A DNA stretch of 64,000 bases from positions 248,001 to 312,000 of the forward strand of contig JAUCBJ010001846.1 in NCBI GenBank assembly GCA_032718475.1, read 5' to 3'. Shown piece after piece: positions 49,323 to 60,409 of this stretch. The stretch's first letter is position 1; each line of letters begins with the position of its first letter. The notes beneath the pieces are model-generated. The model had not been told where the DNA came from and made no database searches. It was given only the letters and a program-made list of their open reading frames with translations. The position numbers were made by a program, and so were the translations under genes. Origin of the DNA: Nemertoderma westbladi (lineage: Eukaryota; Animalia; Xenacoelomorpha).

Positions 49323-50466
49323 ATTTTTTAATCGTTTTTTGAATAGCATCTAGCCCATTTAGTAAATCTGAAGGCTGAATAACAAAAGGGGGTAGTAATC
49401 GAATAATTTTATTTTTTATTACATTCACTAAAACATGGTGGTCATTCAAAATTTTTTCAACCAAATGGGGGCTAAAAGATGGGTATTCAATGCCAATCAT
49501 CAAGCCTTTTTGCCGAACACTGAGGTGTTTTAATTGTGATGAAAAAAACTGAGCCGCTAACTCAGCCAGTGTATTGACCTGTTCAATTAAATGATCATTT
49601 TCAATCACATCAATCACCTCAAGCGCGACCCGACAAGCCAAGGGGTTGCCCCCAAATGTTGAACCATGTTGACCAGCGCTTAGTAAATCAAACGTTTTAT
49701 CATTAAAAAGACAAACCCCAACAGGCACACCATTACCTAACCCTTTAGCTAAAGTGACTAAATCGGGCGCTATATTAGCGCTTTGGTAGCCAAACCAATG
49801 CCCTGTCCTTCCCATACCACACTGTATTTCATCAGCAATTAATAACCATTTTTTTTGTTTAGCCAGTGCTTCAAGTGATTGTAAAAATTCGTTATTCATT
49901 ATGTTAATTCCGCCCTCACCTTGCACCACCTCAAAAAGCACGGCTACCACGTTTTCTTTTTCAGCAATTTTCTTAATAGCATCAATATCATTAATAGGGG
50001 CTCGTACGAAGTCTGGCAATAAAGGTTCAAAACCAATTTGACCCGTTGGATTATCACTGGCAGACAGCGTGCTAAGGCTTCGGCCATGAAAGGCATTGTT
50101 GAATACAAGAATTTTTGGCTGGTTAATTTGGTGTTGATAGGCATATAAGCGAACCGCCTTAATAGCGGTTTCGTTTGCTTCAGAACCTGAATTGCAAAAG
50201 AATGCGCCTTTCGTTTGTGTAAGCTCGCAGAGTTTTTCAGCTAATTTTTCTTGTACTTCAATGCGGTACAAATTAGAAACATGTAAAAGTTTGCCAGCTT
50301 GTTTTTGAATAACTTCTGTAATTTTTGGATGGGCATATCCTAAGTTGCATACCGATACCCCACTAAGTAAATCAAGAAATGGCTCGTTTTTATCATCATA
50401 TAAAAAAGCGCCCTTGCCGTATTTAAAGTTAACAGGCAGGCGATTGTAATTTTTTGTTAAAAACAT
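49312..50466 (-). CDS. argD: Acetylornithine aminotransferase
   Basis: FFCNSGSEANE, FHGRS, VQGEGG, DEIQCGMGRTG, AKGLGNG, HGSTFGGNPLA. Confidence 0.95.
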   Translation of the reverse strand: MFLTKNYNRLPVNFKYGKGAFLYDDKNEPFLDLLSGVSVCNLGYAHPKITEVIQKQAGKLLHVSNLYRIEVQEKLAEKLCELTQTKGAFFCNSGSEANETAIKAVRLYAYQHQINQPKILVFNNAFHGRSLSTLSASDNPTGQIGFEPLLPDFVRAPINDIDAIKKIAEKENVVAVLFEVVQGEGGINIMNNEFLQSLEALAKQKKWLLIADEIQCGMGRTGHWFGYQSANIAPDLVTLAKGLGNGVPVGVCLFNDKTFDLLSAGQHGSTFGGNPLACRVALEVIDVIENDHLIEQVNTLAELAAQFFSSQLKHLSVRQKGLMIGIEYPSFSPHLVEKILNDHHVLVNVIKNKIIRLLPPFVIQPSDLLNGLDAIQKTIKKYDV

Positions 50467-50617
50467 GGCCAGCTTTAAATAAACGCTGTTCTTTGAAAAA
50501 ATGACATGATATCACTAAACATAGGGATATAAAAATCAGTGTAAAATCGTTTTTAATTGAAATTTTTCAAATAAACTATACACTTGTTTTTAACTATATT
50601 TTTTTATCACGATCAAC

Positions 50618-52492
50618 ATGGTTAATATCAAAAACGTTCTTTTTACCCTCATTGCTTTATTGGCGTTAACCTTTTTATTTTCCAATTTTGCTAAACTTGA
50701 TTTCAACGCTCAAGAAATTCCTTATTCAGAATTTATAAAATACGTTAAATCGGGTGAAATATCTCAAGTCACCATCAATAATCAAGAACTTTCAATTAAG
50801 GGGCTTTTTAGAAATGGTCGTTCCTTTATTACCTACAATCCAGGTGATCTAGGCCTTGTGGGCGATCTTTTGGCCAACAATGTTGATATTATCGGCAAGC
50901 CCATTGAAGGTCCATCGCTACTCATGCAAATATTAATCTCTTGGTTTCCCTTCATTTTTCTCATTGGGGTTTGGCTTTTTTTTATGCGACAAATGCAAAG
51001 TGGTGGAATGGGTGGCAAAAACAACCCATTCTCATTTGGTAAAAGCAAAGCCAAGCGCTTAGCAGCAGATGAAATAAAAACCCGCTTTCAAGATGTAGCT
51101 GGGGTGGATGAAGCCAAAGAAGATGTAAAAGAACTGGTTGATTTTTTAAAAGACCCTAAAAAATTTGAAACCATCGGTGGCCATATTCCAAAAGGGGTAT
51201 TGATGGTAGGTGCGCCTGGTACGGGCAAAACTTTGTTGGCCAAAGCCATTGCGGGAGAAGCTAATGTGCCTTTTTATACAATATCAGGTTCTGATTTTGT
51301 TGAAATGTTTGTGGGTGTGGGTGCCTCACGCGTGCGTGATATGTTTGAACAAGCCCGTAAAGACTCACCTTGCATCATTTTTATTGATGAAATTGATGCT
51401 GTCGGCAGACACCGGGGTTCTGGCATGGGGGGTGGTCATGATGAGCGTGAACAAACCCTTAATCAACTGCTAGTAGAGATGGACGGTTTTTCTGCTTCAC
51501 AAAGTAACATCATCGTCATTGCGGCGACCAACCGACCTGACGTACTAGACCCAGCCTTGCTTCGACCAGGTCGATTTGATCGCCAAGTGACCGTGCCTTT
51601 ACCCGATATTTTAGGTAGAGAGCACATATTAAAAATATATGCCAAAAAAGTTCAAATGGCACAGGGGATTGAGCTTCGCGTTATTGCTCGTGGTACCCCC
51701 GGTTTCTCAGGGGCAGATTTAGAAAATTTGATCAACGAAGCAGCCCTTTACGCAGGACGTATTGGTGAAAAATTTGTCACCTCAAAAACCCTTGAGCATG
51801 CCAAAGATAAAATACTAATGGGCAGTGAGCGCAAATCAATGAAAATAGATGAGCACGATAAAAAACTAACCGCTTACCATGAAGCAGGACATGCCATCAT
51901 TGGTAAACTAATGCCCCAACATGATCCTATTTATAAAGTCACCATTATCCCGCGTGGCCGTGCCTTGGGGGTGACGATGTTTTTGCCAGAGAAAGATAAA
52001 TTCAGTGTCACTAAACAAGCCCTTATCTCGCAAATTACCACCCTTTTTGGGGGTCGTATTGCTGAGGAAATGATCTTTGGTGAGCAAAATGTCACAACCG
52101 GTGCCAGCAATGACATTGAGCGAGCCACAGACATTGCTAGAAAAATGGTCACCTTTTGGGGGCTTTCTAAAGAAATTGGCCCCATCCATTATGGTGAAGA
52201 GGAGCAAGAAATTTTCCTAGGCAAGTCCATGTCAACCAAGCATCAATCGCTTTCAGAGGAGATGTCTAAAAAAATTGATGCTGAAACCGCAGCAATTATT
52301 GACTCAGCCTACCGAAAAGCTACCTCAATCTTGAAAGATAATATTAAGAAACTTCACAAGATGTCTGAAGCATTGATGAAATATGAAACTATTATTGACA
52401 AACAAATTGATCAGATCATGAATGATGAGCCTGTCACACCCCCTGTTGGCTGGGTTGATAAAGCGCTTGTTGATGGTGCCTCTGCTGTTTAA
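50618..52492 (+). CDS. ftsH: ATP-dependent zinc metalloprotease FtsH
   Basis: [28 protein letters not shown]. Confidence 0.98.
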   Translation: MVNIKNVLFTLIALLALTFLFSNFAKLDFNAQEIPYSEFIKYVKSGEISQVTINNQELSIKGLFRNGRSFITYNPGDLGLVGDLLANNVDIIGKPIEGPSLLMQILISWFPFIFLIGVWLFFMRQMQSGGMGGKNNPFSFGKSKAKRLAADEIKTRFQDVAGVDEAKEDVKELVDFLKDPKKFETIGGHIPKGVLMVGAPGTGKTLLAKAIAGEANVPFYTISGSDFVEMFVGVGASRVRDMFEQARKDSPCIIFIDEIDAVGRHRGSGMGGGHDEREQTLNQLLVEMDGFSASQSNIIVIAATNRPDVLDPALLRPGRFDRQVTVPLPDILGREHILKIYAKKVQMAQGIELRVIARGTPGFSGADLENLINEAALYAGRIGEKFVTSKTLEHAKDKILMGSERKSMKIDEHDKKLTAYHEAGHAIIGKLMPQHDPIYKVTIIPRGRALGVTMFLPEKDKFSVTKQALISQITTLFGGRIAEEMIFGEQNVTTGASNDIERATDIARKMVTFWGLSKEIGPIHYGEEEQEIFLGKSMSTKHQSLSEEMSKKIDAETAAIIDSAYRKATSILKDNIKKLHKMSEALMKYETIIDKQIDQIMNDEPVTPPVGWVDKALVDGASAV

Positions 52493-52509
52493 GCGCTTGG
52501 CATTGTAAA

Positions 52510-53313
52510 ATGTCGATTTCAGGGTTCAAGATCATGGGGGTGGTTAATGTTACGCCTGATTCCTTTTCTGATGGCAATTTATTTTTTAAAACACAATCTG
52601 CTGTTGATCATACTAATCAACTAATGGATGAGGGCGCTGATATTATTGACATTGGGGCTGAATCCACACGACCCGGCGCACACCCAGTGGATGATAATGA
52701 GCAAATTAAACGCTTATCAGACATTGTCAAAGCAGTAGCTGACCAGGGTGTAATTTCTATCGACACACAATCCCCCCGCGTGTTTGAAACCCTTTTACCC
52801 TTAGGTGTTGATATTATCAATGATACCAATGCGTTGCAGTCACCGGGAATGTTAGGTGTGGTTAGCCAAACAGCGGTGGATGTGGTGTTAATGCATATGA
52901 AAGGTCAGCCGCCTACCATGCAAAATCAACCCACTTACCAAGATGTATGTGATGAGGTGATACATTTTTTTGAGCAGCGTATTGAAAGCTGCCTAAAGGT
53001 TGGGATTAGTTTAAACCGAATTATTCTTGACCCCGGCATTGGTTTTGGGAAAACGCTTGTCCATAATTTGGAAATTTTAAGCAAACTTTCTGTATTTAAG
53101 GCTTTGGGTTGCCAATTGCTAGTGGGGCTTTCTCGAAAATCAATGGTCAGTGAGCTAACAGATGAGCCAGTTAATCAAAGGCTTTATGGGAGTTTAGGGG
53201 GTGCGATGGCAGCTTTTTTAAACGGGGCAGATATCATTCGTGTACACGATGTAAAGGCCACCGTACAATCATTAAAAGTTTTTTCTAAAATTGTTAATCA
53301 CAAGTTGGGATGA
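52510..53313 (+). CDS. folP: Dihydropteroate synthase
   Basis: MGVVNVTPDSFSDG, GAESTRPG, DPGIGFGK, SRKS, IRVHDV. Confidence 0.97.
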   Translation: MSISGFKIMGVVNVTPDSFSDGNLFFKTQSAVDHTNQLMDEGADIIDIGAESTRPGAHPVDDNEQIKRLSDIVKAVADQGVISIDTQSPRVFETLLPLGVDIINDTNALQSPGMLGVVSQTAVDVVLMHMKGQPPTMQNQPTYQDVCDEVIHFFEQRIESCLKVGISLNRIILDPGIGFGKTLVHNLEILSKLSVFKALGCQLLVGLSRKSMVSELTDEPVNQRLYGSLGGAMAAFLNGADIIRVHDVKATVQSLKVFSKIVNHKLG

Positions 53314-54641
53314 AAAAATTATTCACAACCGATGGCATTCGTGCGCCCGTTAATTCCGCCATTTTTTCATCTAGCTTTGTTAGAAAAATTGCCTATTGTG
53401 CGGCCAAATCCCTTCATTTAAAAGGTTTAGTGTTGATCGGCTGTGATACGCGTGAATCGTCAGCTCGCATCCAAAACGATTGTGTAGCAGGTTTTGCACA
53501 AGCAGGTATTGAATGTTTAACCACTGGGGTGATTCCAACCGCAGCCCTAGGTTATTTGGTGGGACAGCATGTTGAGGTTGGGCTGGGAGTGATAGTGACC
53601 GCATCACATAATCTTTATCACGACAACGGGTTAAAGTTTTTTGATGCTTCTGGGAAAAAATTAAGTGATGCTCAAATTAGCCAGCTTGAGGCTTGTATTG
53701 ATGATACAGACAATGTAGATATCCATCCCGTTCAGTTGGCAGCCAAACCCGTTGATTGGGCAAAAATTTATACACAACATTTGTTAGAAAAAGCCCAGTC
53801 TATGAATTTATCGGGGTTTAGTATTGTGCTGGACTGTGCCCACGGGGCAGCATCAAATTTGGCTGAAAAGATTTTTACAGCCACAGGTGCAAATGTTTTG
53901 GTCGCTGCAAACACACCCAATGGGAAAAATATTAATGAGGATTATGGTGCACTTTATCCTCACCATATTTTAGATTTAATGAAGCAAGTAGGTGCTGATT
54001 TAGGTTTTGCCTTTGATGGCGATGCTGATAGGCTTGTTTGTGTTGAGCCTTCAGGTAATATTATCGATGGCAATGACCTGTTGGTGATGCTGGCACAGCC
54101 GTATTTATTGTCAGGCCAAATCAACCTATCTGTTGGGGTAGCTGGGTCGTTGATGATCAATGGGGGGGTTGAGCAATACTTTAGGCAAAAAAACATCCCC
54201 TTTATCCGAACCCCTGTGGGGGACTGTGAGGTGGCAAAAGCCCTTCGCAAGCATCAGTTTTTTTTGGGGGCAGAGCCTTGTGGACATGTGGTGGACTTAA
54301 GGGGTGATTTTGAAACAGGCGATGGCATGAACAATGCCTTGGCACTGCTTGCACAAATAAGTAATAATCGAAATTTTTTAACGGATATAAAACAGCGATA
54401 TCAACAATACCCGCAGGTGAATAAAAATGTGCCGTTGCCATCAGGGGGTGCAAATAGCTTAAAAATTCAAGATTTTATCAAAAAACAAACTGCCTATTGC
54501 AAACAATTTGATACCAAAATTTTAATTAGGCCCTCAGGCACCGAACCTGTCATGCGAATTTTACTAGAAGGGGTAGAGGGTGAGTTTCTTCAAAAACAGT
54601 GTCAGGTCATTGAGGATTTTTTTATGAAACTTAGCGCTTGA
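53310..54641 (+). CDS. glmM: Phosphoglucosamine mutase (divergent)
   Basis: FTTDGIR, TASHN, DGDADR, RPSGTEP; ftsH-folP-glmM synteny. Confidence 0.9.
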   Translation: MKKLFTTDGIRAPVNSAIFSSSFVRKIAYCAAKSLHLKGLVLIGCDTRESSARIQNDCVAGFAQAGIECLTTGVIPTAALGYLVGQHVEVGLGVIVTASHNLYHDNGLKFFDASGKKLSDAQISQLEACIDDTDNVDIHPVQLAAKPVDWAKIYTQHLLEKAQSMNLSGFSIVLDCAHGAASNLAEKIFTATGANVLVAANTPNGKNINEDYGALYPHHILDLMKQVGADLGFAFDGDADRLVCVEPSGNIIDGNDLLVMLAQPYLLSGQINLSVGVAGSLMINGGVEQYFRQKNIPFIRTPVGDCEVAKALRKHQFFLGAEPCGHVVDLRGDFETGDGMNNALALLAQISNNRNFLTDIKQRYQQYPQVNKNVPLPSGGANSLKIQDFIKKQTAYCKQFDTKILIRPSGTEPVMRILLEGVEGEFLQKQCQVIEDFFMKLSA

Positions 54642-55018
54642 ATTATGTAATACTTTATACGGGGGAACGAATTTGTCAGCCAGCCTGCAAAATTTTATAT
54701 CTAAAGGCGCTTCATCATTAACAGGCGCTACGGGAGAATATATTGATATCTTTTCTCTAGTTAGCTGCCTGTTTTGCATGAGCAAGCGGTGGATCTCCCA
54801 CCGTTAATCTATTCATTAGTGATTTGTAGGGAAATTTTGTTGTTTTAATCCCAGTGAAATCACATTTTTTCTAGAAGGGGTATACTCAATTAACACTCAT
54901 TTTGAAAAACTTTACAAACCAAAACCCACCTTAAAAACCCCTTAAAATGTAAAATGAAAAATAACCTCTAAAACAAACGTAGAAATAACTCATACTTAAA
55001 TAAGGCTTAAAAACTGAT

Positions 55019-55510
55019 TAAGAATTATTTAACTCACAGCAGGCGCCCGCAAAACCCATCCGTTTGAGTGTTGGTTTGAGCGGCTTCCTCAGTTTTCTTC
55101 TTAACCTTTTCTGCCGTCTCGTCCGATCTCTCTAAATCTAGAATCTATTTGATCATCCATCATAAAGTGGGTCATAATCCATTCTTGGCGCTTCTTCGGT
55201 GTTTGTTGTCTGCCCGCTGTATATTCTATCGCCGCCCCTTTATCAAGCGCAGGTTTAATAATCGCCTGACGGGTGCAAAAGGCCATGTTACCTTCAAAAC
55301 CCCAACACTGGCAGTTACAACATCAGCTTCATGACTTAATACATGCCCGCGCGCAGCGCAGTGAACAATATTTAAGGATGTTCTTGTCAAGATCAAACCC
55401 ATCTATCACAATGGGCGATAAAGCCGCTTTATTAGGATGACCCATGGCAGAGTCGACTGTGCCATCGGCTGTGGCTTGAAAATATTCGAACTCGCTGGCG
55501 TTGTCCTAAA
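55019..55510 (-). pseudogene. Possible remnant of a flavin amine oxidase-like gene
   Basis: Broken frames give HEADVVTASVGVLK..F.P and LRKPL...RMGFAG.C, resembling ADxVIVTVPLGVLK and RLFFAGE motifs; weak. Confidence 0.3.
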
Positions 55511-55548
55511 CATCCGTGTATAAATCCGTTGCTAAGCAACCAACCCAC

Positions 55549-57843
55549 TTAAAACTCAATAACCTGCTCAAGGCTTACTTGAAACTCATTGCCCTGCTGA
55601 TAAAACGGATTTTTCAACTCAACATTAAACCCAAGCCGATGATGCTGATCAACGCGATGAGTGAAGTTCAAATTCAAAGCCGTGGCATAATCTTGATCGT
55701 CCAATACAGCGTTTGGATCAAAATTACTAAGCATGGTGAACCCCCCTGCACTGGCATTGATGGGGCTTATGTCGCGATGAATGTCTTGTAGTGCATTAAA
55801 TTTAAGGGAGAGTTTTGTCAACTGGCTCAAAGCAACTTTGGCCTGTATACCTGCTTGCGCTCGCATAACGTTGTTATGGCCAGCGGATAGATGAAAAGGG
55901 AAAACAGCTCGACTGGTGCGCTCATCATAAGCTGAAATATTTAATTGTTGGTAGCTCAAACCCAGCATCGGTGAAAAACGAATATCCCCAATACTAAACG
56001 GGTGGGTTAGCAAGGCATTGTAGGTTTGCCCTTGTGCGCTGAGCGATCCATGGGCATTTTCGACCCCTTTGATGGAATGACGATGAATTTGATAGGCTCG
56101 ATCATGCTGATTGGCTGATAACGTGAGGTAGGTGTTGGGCAAAATAGGGGTGCGAATATGGGCAGAAAACTCGGGGCGGTTCGCACTTGAATTAAAGGCC
56201 AAATTCGCCAATTGATGTTGCGTTTTTCCAACATTAAAGCCCAAACCATAACTCAAACCTTGTGAGCTTTGGTGATTAAAACTGAGTTGATAAGCACCGT
56301 TTGAATGCCTTGATGCATTAAAGCAATCTTCTTTTTCTTTATCCAGCTGACCCAATAGGTGGATGGAGGCGTGTCGTTTGTTGTTTTCATCCTCATCATC
56401 ACAAAAAGGCGGGAGGAAAAAACCATCAAACGCATCATTAGCTAGGGCATATAACAGGCCGCTTGCAATGAAAAAGCTGGCCTCGCGAGAGGCTGACATG
56501 CTGATAGCAGCGGCTTGGCCGGCGTTGGGGGCGGGGTTTGTTATGGTGGTTGGTGGTGGATCAACTGGATCAACGGGTGGTGGATCAACTGGATCAACGG
56601 GTGGTGGATCAACTGGATCAACGGGTGGTGGGGATACGATTGTGCTGGTGGGGATGTAGCGTATTATATAGGTATCTTCCTGATTAGTTCTTGGATGGTA
56701 ATTTTCTGATTTTAAAGAATTGGTGCCCAAATCTATGGGAGGTTGTTGTGGTTTTGCGATAATAGTATTTCCATCATTAGATACAGCTATAGCTTCTGGA
56801 AAATATAGTCCTGCTGTATTACCGCCTAAGCTTGTAATCCAATCCGTTAATTTTTGTAAGGTACCTGATTCCCATCGGAAAGCTATAGGAGCATTTGTCC
56901 CGGCTTGGGTACCGTAATATGTTGTACCTACAATCACACTACCGTTATAATTAACGTCATAAGCATGCGATTCTCCTACATCGTTTAGCGTGTGAAAATT
57001 ACCTAGGTTTTGCATTGACCCACTGTTGGGATCAGCAGGATTAGTTAATACCAAACGAAAGGCTTCTTTATCAGAATAAGAACCACTATATCCTACAATA
57101 GTTTTTCCATCACCACTAATGGCATAAGCTCCCGCTGGTTTTGCAGTGCCGTCCAACGTATTCTCTATTATATGCATAGTTCCAGTTGTACTATTAGTAG
57201 GATGCTCGCGCCAAAGAAAGACTTTATTTGCACCACTAAAGCTATCAGACCTAGCATGCCCTACTATTGATTTTCCATCACTACTGACACCATGCGCTGA
57301 TGAGTAGGATAATCCACTAGGCATTGTAAACTTTTGCATAACGGGGTTGTCTCTTCTCCAACGAAAAGCTGCGCTATTATTTGACTGGCCAACTACCACA
57401 CTTCCATCACCGCTGATGCCATAAGCCACTGACCCATAATAATCACCTATATCTAAATTTTGCATTGCGCCCGAAAGATCGGATAAATAAAAAGCCTTTT
57501 TTCTAGTGGACGATGAATCATTTTCTTTTACCCAACCCACAATTGCATTACCATCATCACTGATACCATAAGCATGTGCCGGTTGCGTTGAGAATAATGT
57601 ATTTGGTATAGACGTTGATATTATGGTAGCGGTGGATAAATCAAAATGTACAATTGAATTTTGAGTTGAGTAACCTATTGCTACTTGCCCGTTCCCACTG
57701 ATGTCAGTAGCTATTACTCCTGCATGATTTTCGTCAATACTTAACGTCGCATCCACCGCCAATAACTGAACAGGAAAAAACCCACAAAACAATATAGCCG
57801 TGAGCGCTTTAAGAAATTGAAAAATACGGTGTGAAAATGTCAT
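55549..57843 (-). CDS. Autotransporter-like protein with HAF-type extracellular repeats and Pro-rich linker
   Basis: Signal peptide; ~7 A.(G/D)IS.DG..(I/V)VG repeats; (PPPVDPVD)3 linker; C-terminal beta-strand domain ending in F. Confidence 0.8.
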   Translation of the reverse strand: MTFSHRIFQFLKALTAILFCGFFPVQLLAVDATLSIDENHAGVIATDISGNGQVAIGYSTQNSIVHFDLSTATIISTSIPNTLFSTQPAHAYGISDDGNAIVGWVKENDSSSTRKKAFYLSDLSGAMQNLDIGDYYGSVAYGISGDGSVVVGQSNNSAAFRWRRDNPVMQKFTMPSGLSYSSAHGVSSDGKSIVGHARSDSFSGANKVFLWREHPTNSTTGTMHIIENTLDGTAKPAGAYAISGDGKTIVGYSGSYSDKEAFRLVLTNPADPNSGSMQNLGNFHTLNDVGESHAYDVNYNGSVIVGTTYYGTQAGTNAPIAFRWESGTLQKLTDWITSLGGNTAGLYFPEAIAVSNDGNTIIAKPQQPPIDLGTNSLKSENYHPRTNQEDTYIIRYIPTSTIVSPPPVDPVDPPPVDPVDPPPVDPVDPPPTTITNPAPNAGQAAAISMSASREASFFIASGLLYALANDAFDGFFLPPFCDDEDENNKRHASIHLLGQLDKEKEDCFNASRHSNGAYQLSFNHQSSQGLSYGLGFNVGKTQHQLANLAFNSSANRPEFSAHIRTPILPNTYLTLSANQHDRAYQIHRHSIKGVENAHGSLSAQGQTYNALLTHPFSIGDIRFSPMLGLSYQQLNISAYDERTSRAVFPFHLSAGHNNVMRAQAGIQAKVALSQLTKLSLKFNALQDIHRDISPINASAGGFTMLSNFDPNAVLDDQDYATALNLNFTHRVDQHHRLGFNVELKNPFYQQGNEFQVSLEQVIEF
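56552..56631. repeat. 24-bp tandem repeat, ~3.3 copies
   Basis: GGTGGTGGATCAACTGGATCAACG at 56552, 56576, 56600 plus a partial copy; encodes PPPVDPVD on the minus strand. Confidence 0.95.
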
Positions 57844-58040
57844 GTCATGTACCCCTTGTGTTAATGTAGCGAAATCTTGTGGAATAAAACTCTATTAAAT
57901 CAGTGGTATTTGTTTTGATTAAATGTTAACCCCAGCTGGCAGTCTATGTAAAAATTAAGGATTTTTCAATGTGTTTTTGTGCCCTCGTTGCATGATTATC
58001 ATTATTTGCAGGGGTGTGGAGGGTGTGCTGCTCCTTGTTT

Positions 58041-58232
58041 TTAAAAAAATAACCCGTCAATTGGCGATGAAGCCGAGCCGTATAATTTTTTAGGAATACG
58101 CCCGGCTAAATAGGCCTCTCTTCCTGCAATGGCGGCATGTTTCATCGCGCGTGCCATTTGAATGGGGTGTTTGGCCCCGGCAATGGCGGTGTTGAGTAGT
58201 ACTCCGTCGCAGCCTAGTTCCATTACTTTGGC
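58041..58232 (-). pseudogene. thiG: Thiazole synthase C-terminal fragment
   Basis: [53 protein letters not shown]; only the last ~60 aa present. Confidence 0.88.
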
Positions 58233-58421
58233 TGGTGCCAATGGCAATGGCCAGGGCATCTACTTTTGTTTGCTTAACAAAATCAGCGGCCTCTCGTGGG
58301 TCGGTTAACAGTTGTGCTTTGTTTAATTTCCCTTGGGCGCCTGAGCCATCTTCTTCGCCTGCAAGGCCTGTTTCAAGGGAGCCTAAGCAGCCTAGTTCGC
58401 CTTCGGTTGAGATGCCGCAGT
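58229..58421 (-). pseudogene. fba: Class II fructose-bisphosphate aldolase internal fragment
   Basis: Manual translation [64 protein letters not shown]. Confidence 0.88.
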
Positions 58422-58688
58422 GTTGTTTTTGTATCAGGCGATAATCTTCAAAAACATATTTTTTTCATCAAAATTATTCAAACATGATGAACGCTGTAAA
58501 AATTCCTACTCATCAACCCAGTCGACGGCTCAACCTTGGTCTACGCCTGTAGATGCCAATCGTTTTTCTCAACCAAGCGATATGGTTCACTTTTTTCTAT
58601 GAAAAGGTTTAAAAATTAATTGACGATGATTGATTTTTTCAATACAAGTGGTTAGAATTTTTTGGTCGTTAAAGATTGGGGTTATAGC

Positions 58689-59522
58689 ATGAATGATTTA
58701 TTGATTAAAAATGATTACCTAAAAGAGATTAAAGACTTACCGTCTGACTATATCCTTGGGGATGAAGGTCATCAAGTGACCCAAATAAAACAGTGGCTGT
58801 TTTTATGGCAATTTTATGAAGGTTTATCTTTATGCGATAAATTATTAGCCAATAGCTTGCCTGTATTTGATCATAATATGTATAGGGCTGTTAAGCGTTT
58901 GCAACGCTTTTTTAAAATAAACGAAACCGGTGAGGTGGATCAACATACTTGGCAAAAAATGGTTTTTCCCATGAAAGCTGCCTTTTCGCTTGAATTATAT
59001 GGCGAGATGTCTTTGTCTGAACGTGTATGTTTTTACGCGTTTAACCACTTAAGGTTTCGACCCTATGAATTATTTCAAAAAAATACAGGCCCTTGGATTC
59101 GTGCCTATATGGGTGGAAAAGATGGAAAACCATGGGCATGGTGCCAAGGATTTATATGCACTATTTTAGACCAAGCCTTTAGCAGCATGAACAAATACTT
59201 TACCAGTTACTATCCTGATACCGTTGCTTGCAGAGAAATGCACCAAGCTGCCCTAGACAGTGATTTGTTAATCACCAATGATCAACTTCAAAAAGGAACC
59301 TACACACCCCAACCGGGTGACATGTTTCAACGAATTGATCCACCGGATCAAAAAGCCCATCACACCGGCATTATTGTTCAGGTGTTTAATGATGGCCATT
59401 TTTATTCAATAGAAGGTAATACCAATTTTGCAAAGGCCCGAGAAGGTGTGGGTTGCCATTTGTTGCACAGAAATTATTTGACATCTAAAAATATTGATAT
59501 TGTGCAATTAATCAAGTATTAA
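58689..59522 (+). CDS. Peptidoglycan-binding domain + CHAP-type amidase/peptidase
   Basis: G..V.QIKQWL...AVKRLQ...TGEVDQHTW (PG_binding_1); PWAWCQGF, HHTGII, SIEGNT (CHAP Cys/His). Confidence 0.8.
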   Translation: MNDLLIKNDYLKEIKDLPSDYILGDEGHQVTQIKQWLFLWQFYEGLSLCDKLLANSLPVFDHNMYRAVKRLQRFFKINETGEVDQHTWQKMVFPMKAAFSLELYGEMSLSERVCFYAFNHLRFRPYELFQKNTGPWIRAYMGGKDGKPWAWCQGFICTILDQAFSSMNKYFTSYYPDTVACREMHQAALDSDLLITNDQLQKGTYTPQPGDMFQRIDPPDQKAHHTGIIVQVFNDGHFYSIEGNTNFAKAREGVGCHLLHRNYLTSKNIDIVQLIKY

Positions 59523-59853
59523 AAATGAGATTAATTAGCATTAGCGTATATTTGTTGGGTAAAATAGAATAATGACTAAACCTGAAACATATAAACTTTT
59601 AATTAGTCATCGAAGAAGCCCGTATTGACCTCATTAGAATAGCCCTAATTATTCATCATCATCAAAAACACGGCATGTTCTAACAAACAGTTGGGCTTAT
59701 TTTATTGACCCTCGCAATAGACCAAGTTGCATCGAAACACAAAGATAACTATTTAAATGAAGAAAATTAAAAGCACTGTGCAGCCACAACCCGCTTCATG
59801 TGCTCAATTGAAGCATTAATCAAGCCACCTAATGAGAATGCTTAATTTAAGGA

Positions 59854-59881
59854 TTGCATTTTATGATTGTTGTAGTAGAAT
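59854..59881 (+). promoter_or_regulatory. Putative sigma70 promoter for the 23S-5S unit
   Basis: TTGCAT-16 bp-TAGAAT; a 16-bp spacer is typical of rRNA promoters. Confidence 0.6.
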
Positions 59882-59887
59882 GGTTTT

Positions 59888-59899
59888 TGCTCTTTAAAA
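59888..59899 (+). promoter_or_regulatory. rrn antitermination boxA
   Basis: TGCTCTTTAAAA versus consensus TGCTCTTTAACA. Confidence 0.75.
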
Positions 59900-59948
59900 A
59901 GTAATAACAATACACTCATCAAAAAAATAGCAATTACTTAGGGTTGTA

Positions 59949-60376
59949 TGATTAAGTAATTAAGTGCATGTGATGGATGTCTTGGCAGAAGAAGGCGATG
60001 AAGGACGTGGTAATCTGCGATAAGCTTCGGTGAGTTGGTAACAAGCTTTGAACCGGAGATTTCCGAATGGGGAAACCCACTGTTTTGACAGTATTTGCAC
60101 CTGAATACATAGGGTGTAAAGGCAAACTCGGGGAACTGAAACATCTAAGTACCCGAAGGAAAAGAAATCAACAGAGATTCCGTTAGTAGCGGCGAGCGAA
60201 AGCGGATCAGCCCTTAAGCAGCATATATAGTTAGTGGAATATTCTGGAAAGAATAGCGATACAGGGTGATAGCCCCGTACATAAAAGCTGATTTGTTGTG
60301 AAAACGAGTAGGTCGGGACACGTGATATCTTGACTGAATATAGAGGGACCACCCTCTAAGGCTAAATACTCTCTTC

Positions 60377-60409
<33 letters not shown>

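Noticed and set aside
499-54785. Numerous 60-130-aa ORFs overlapping housekeeping genes
   Set aside because: Antisense or alternate-frame shadows without recognisable motifs
54645-54806. Short frame NTLYGGTNLSASLQ...GATGE as a tpiA, dapA or vWA remnant
   Set aside because: Motif matches are too short to support any assignment
56552-56631. Possible CRISPR array
   Set aside because: Repeats are directly tandem with no spacers, are in-frame coding, and no cas genes are present
56363-56709. Plus-strand ORFs with GGGSTGST or WINWING repeats
   Set aside because: Alternative-frame readings of the 24-bp repeat inside the autotransporter
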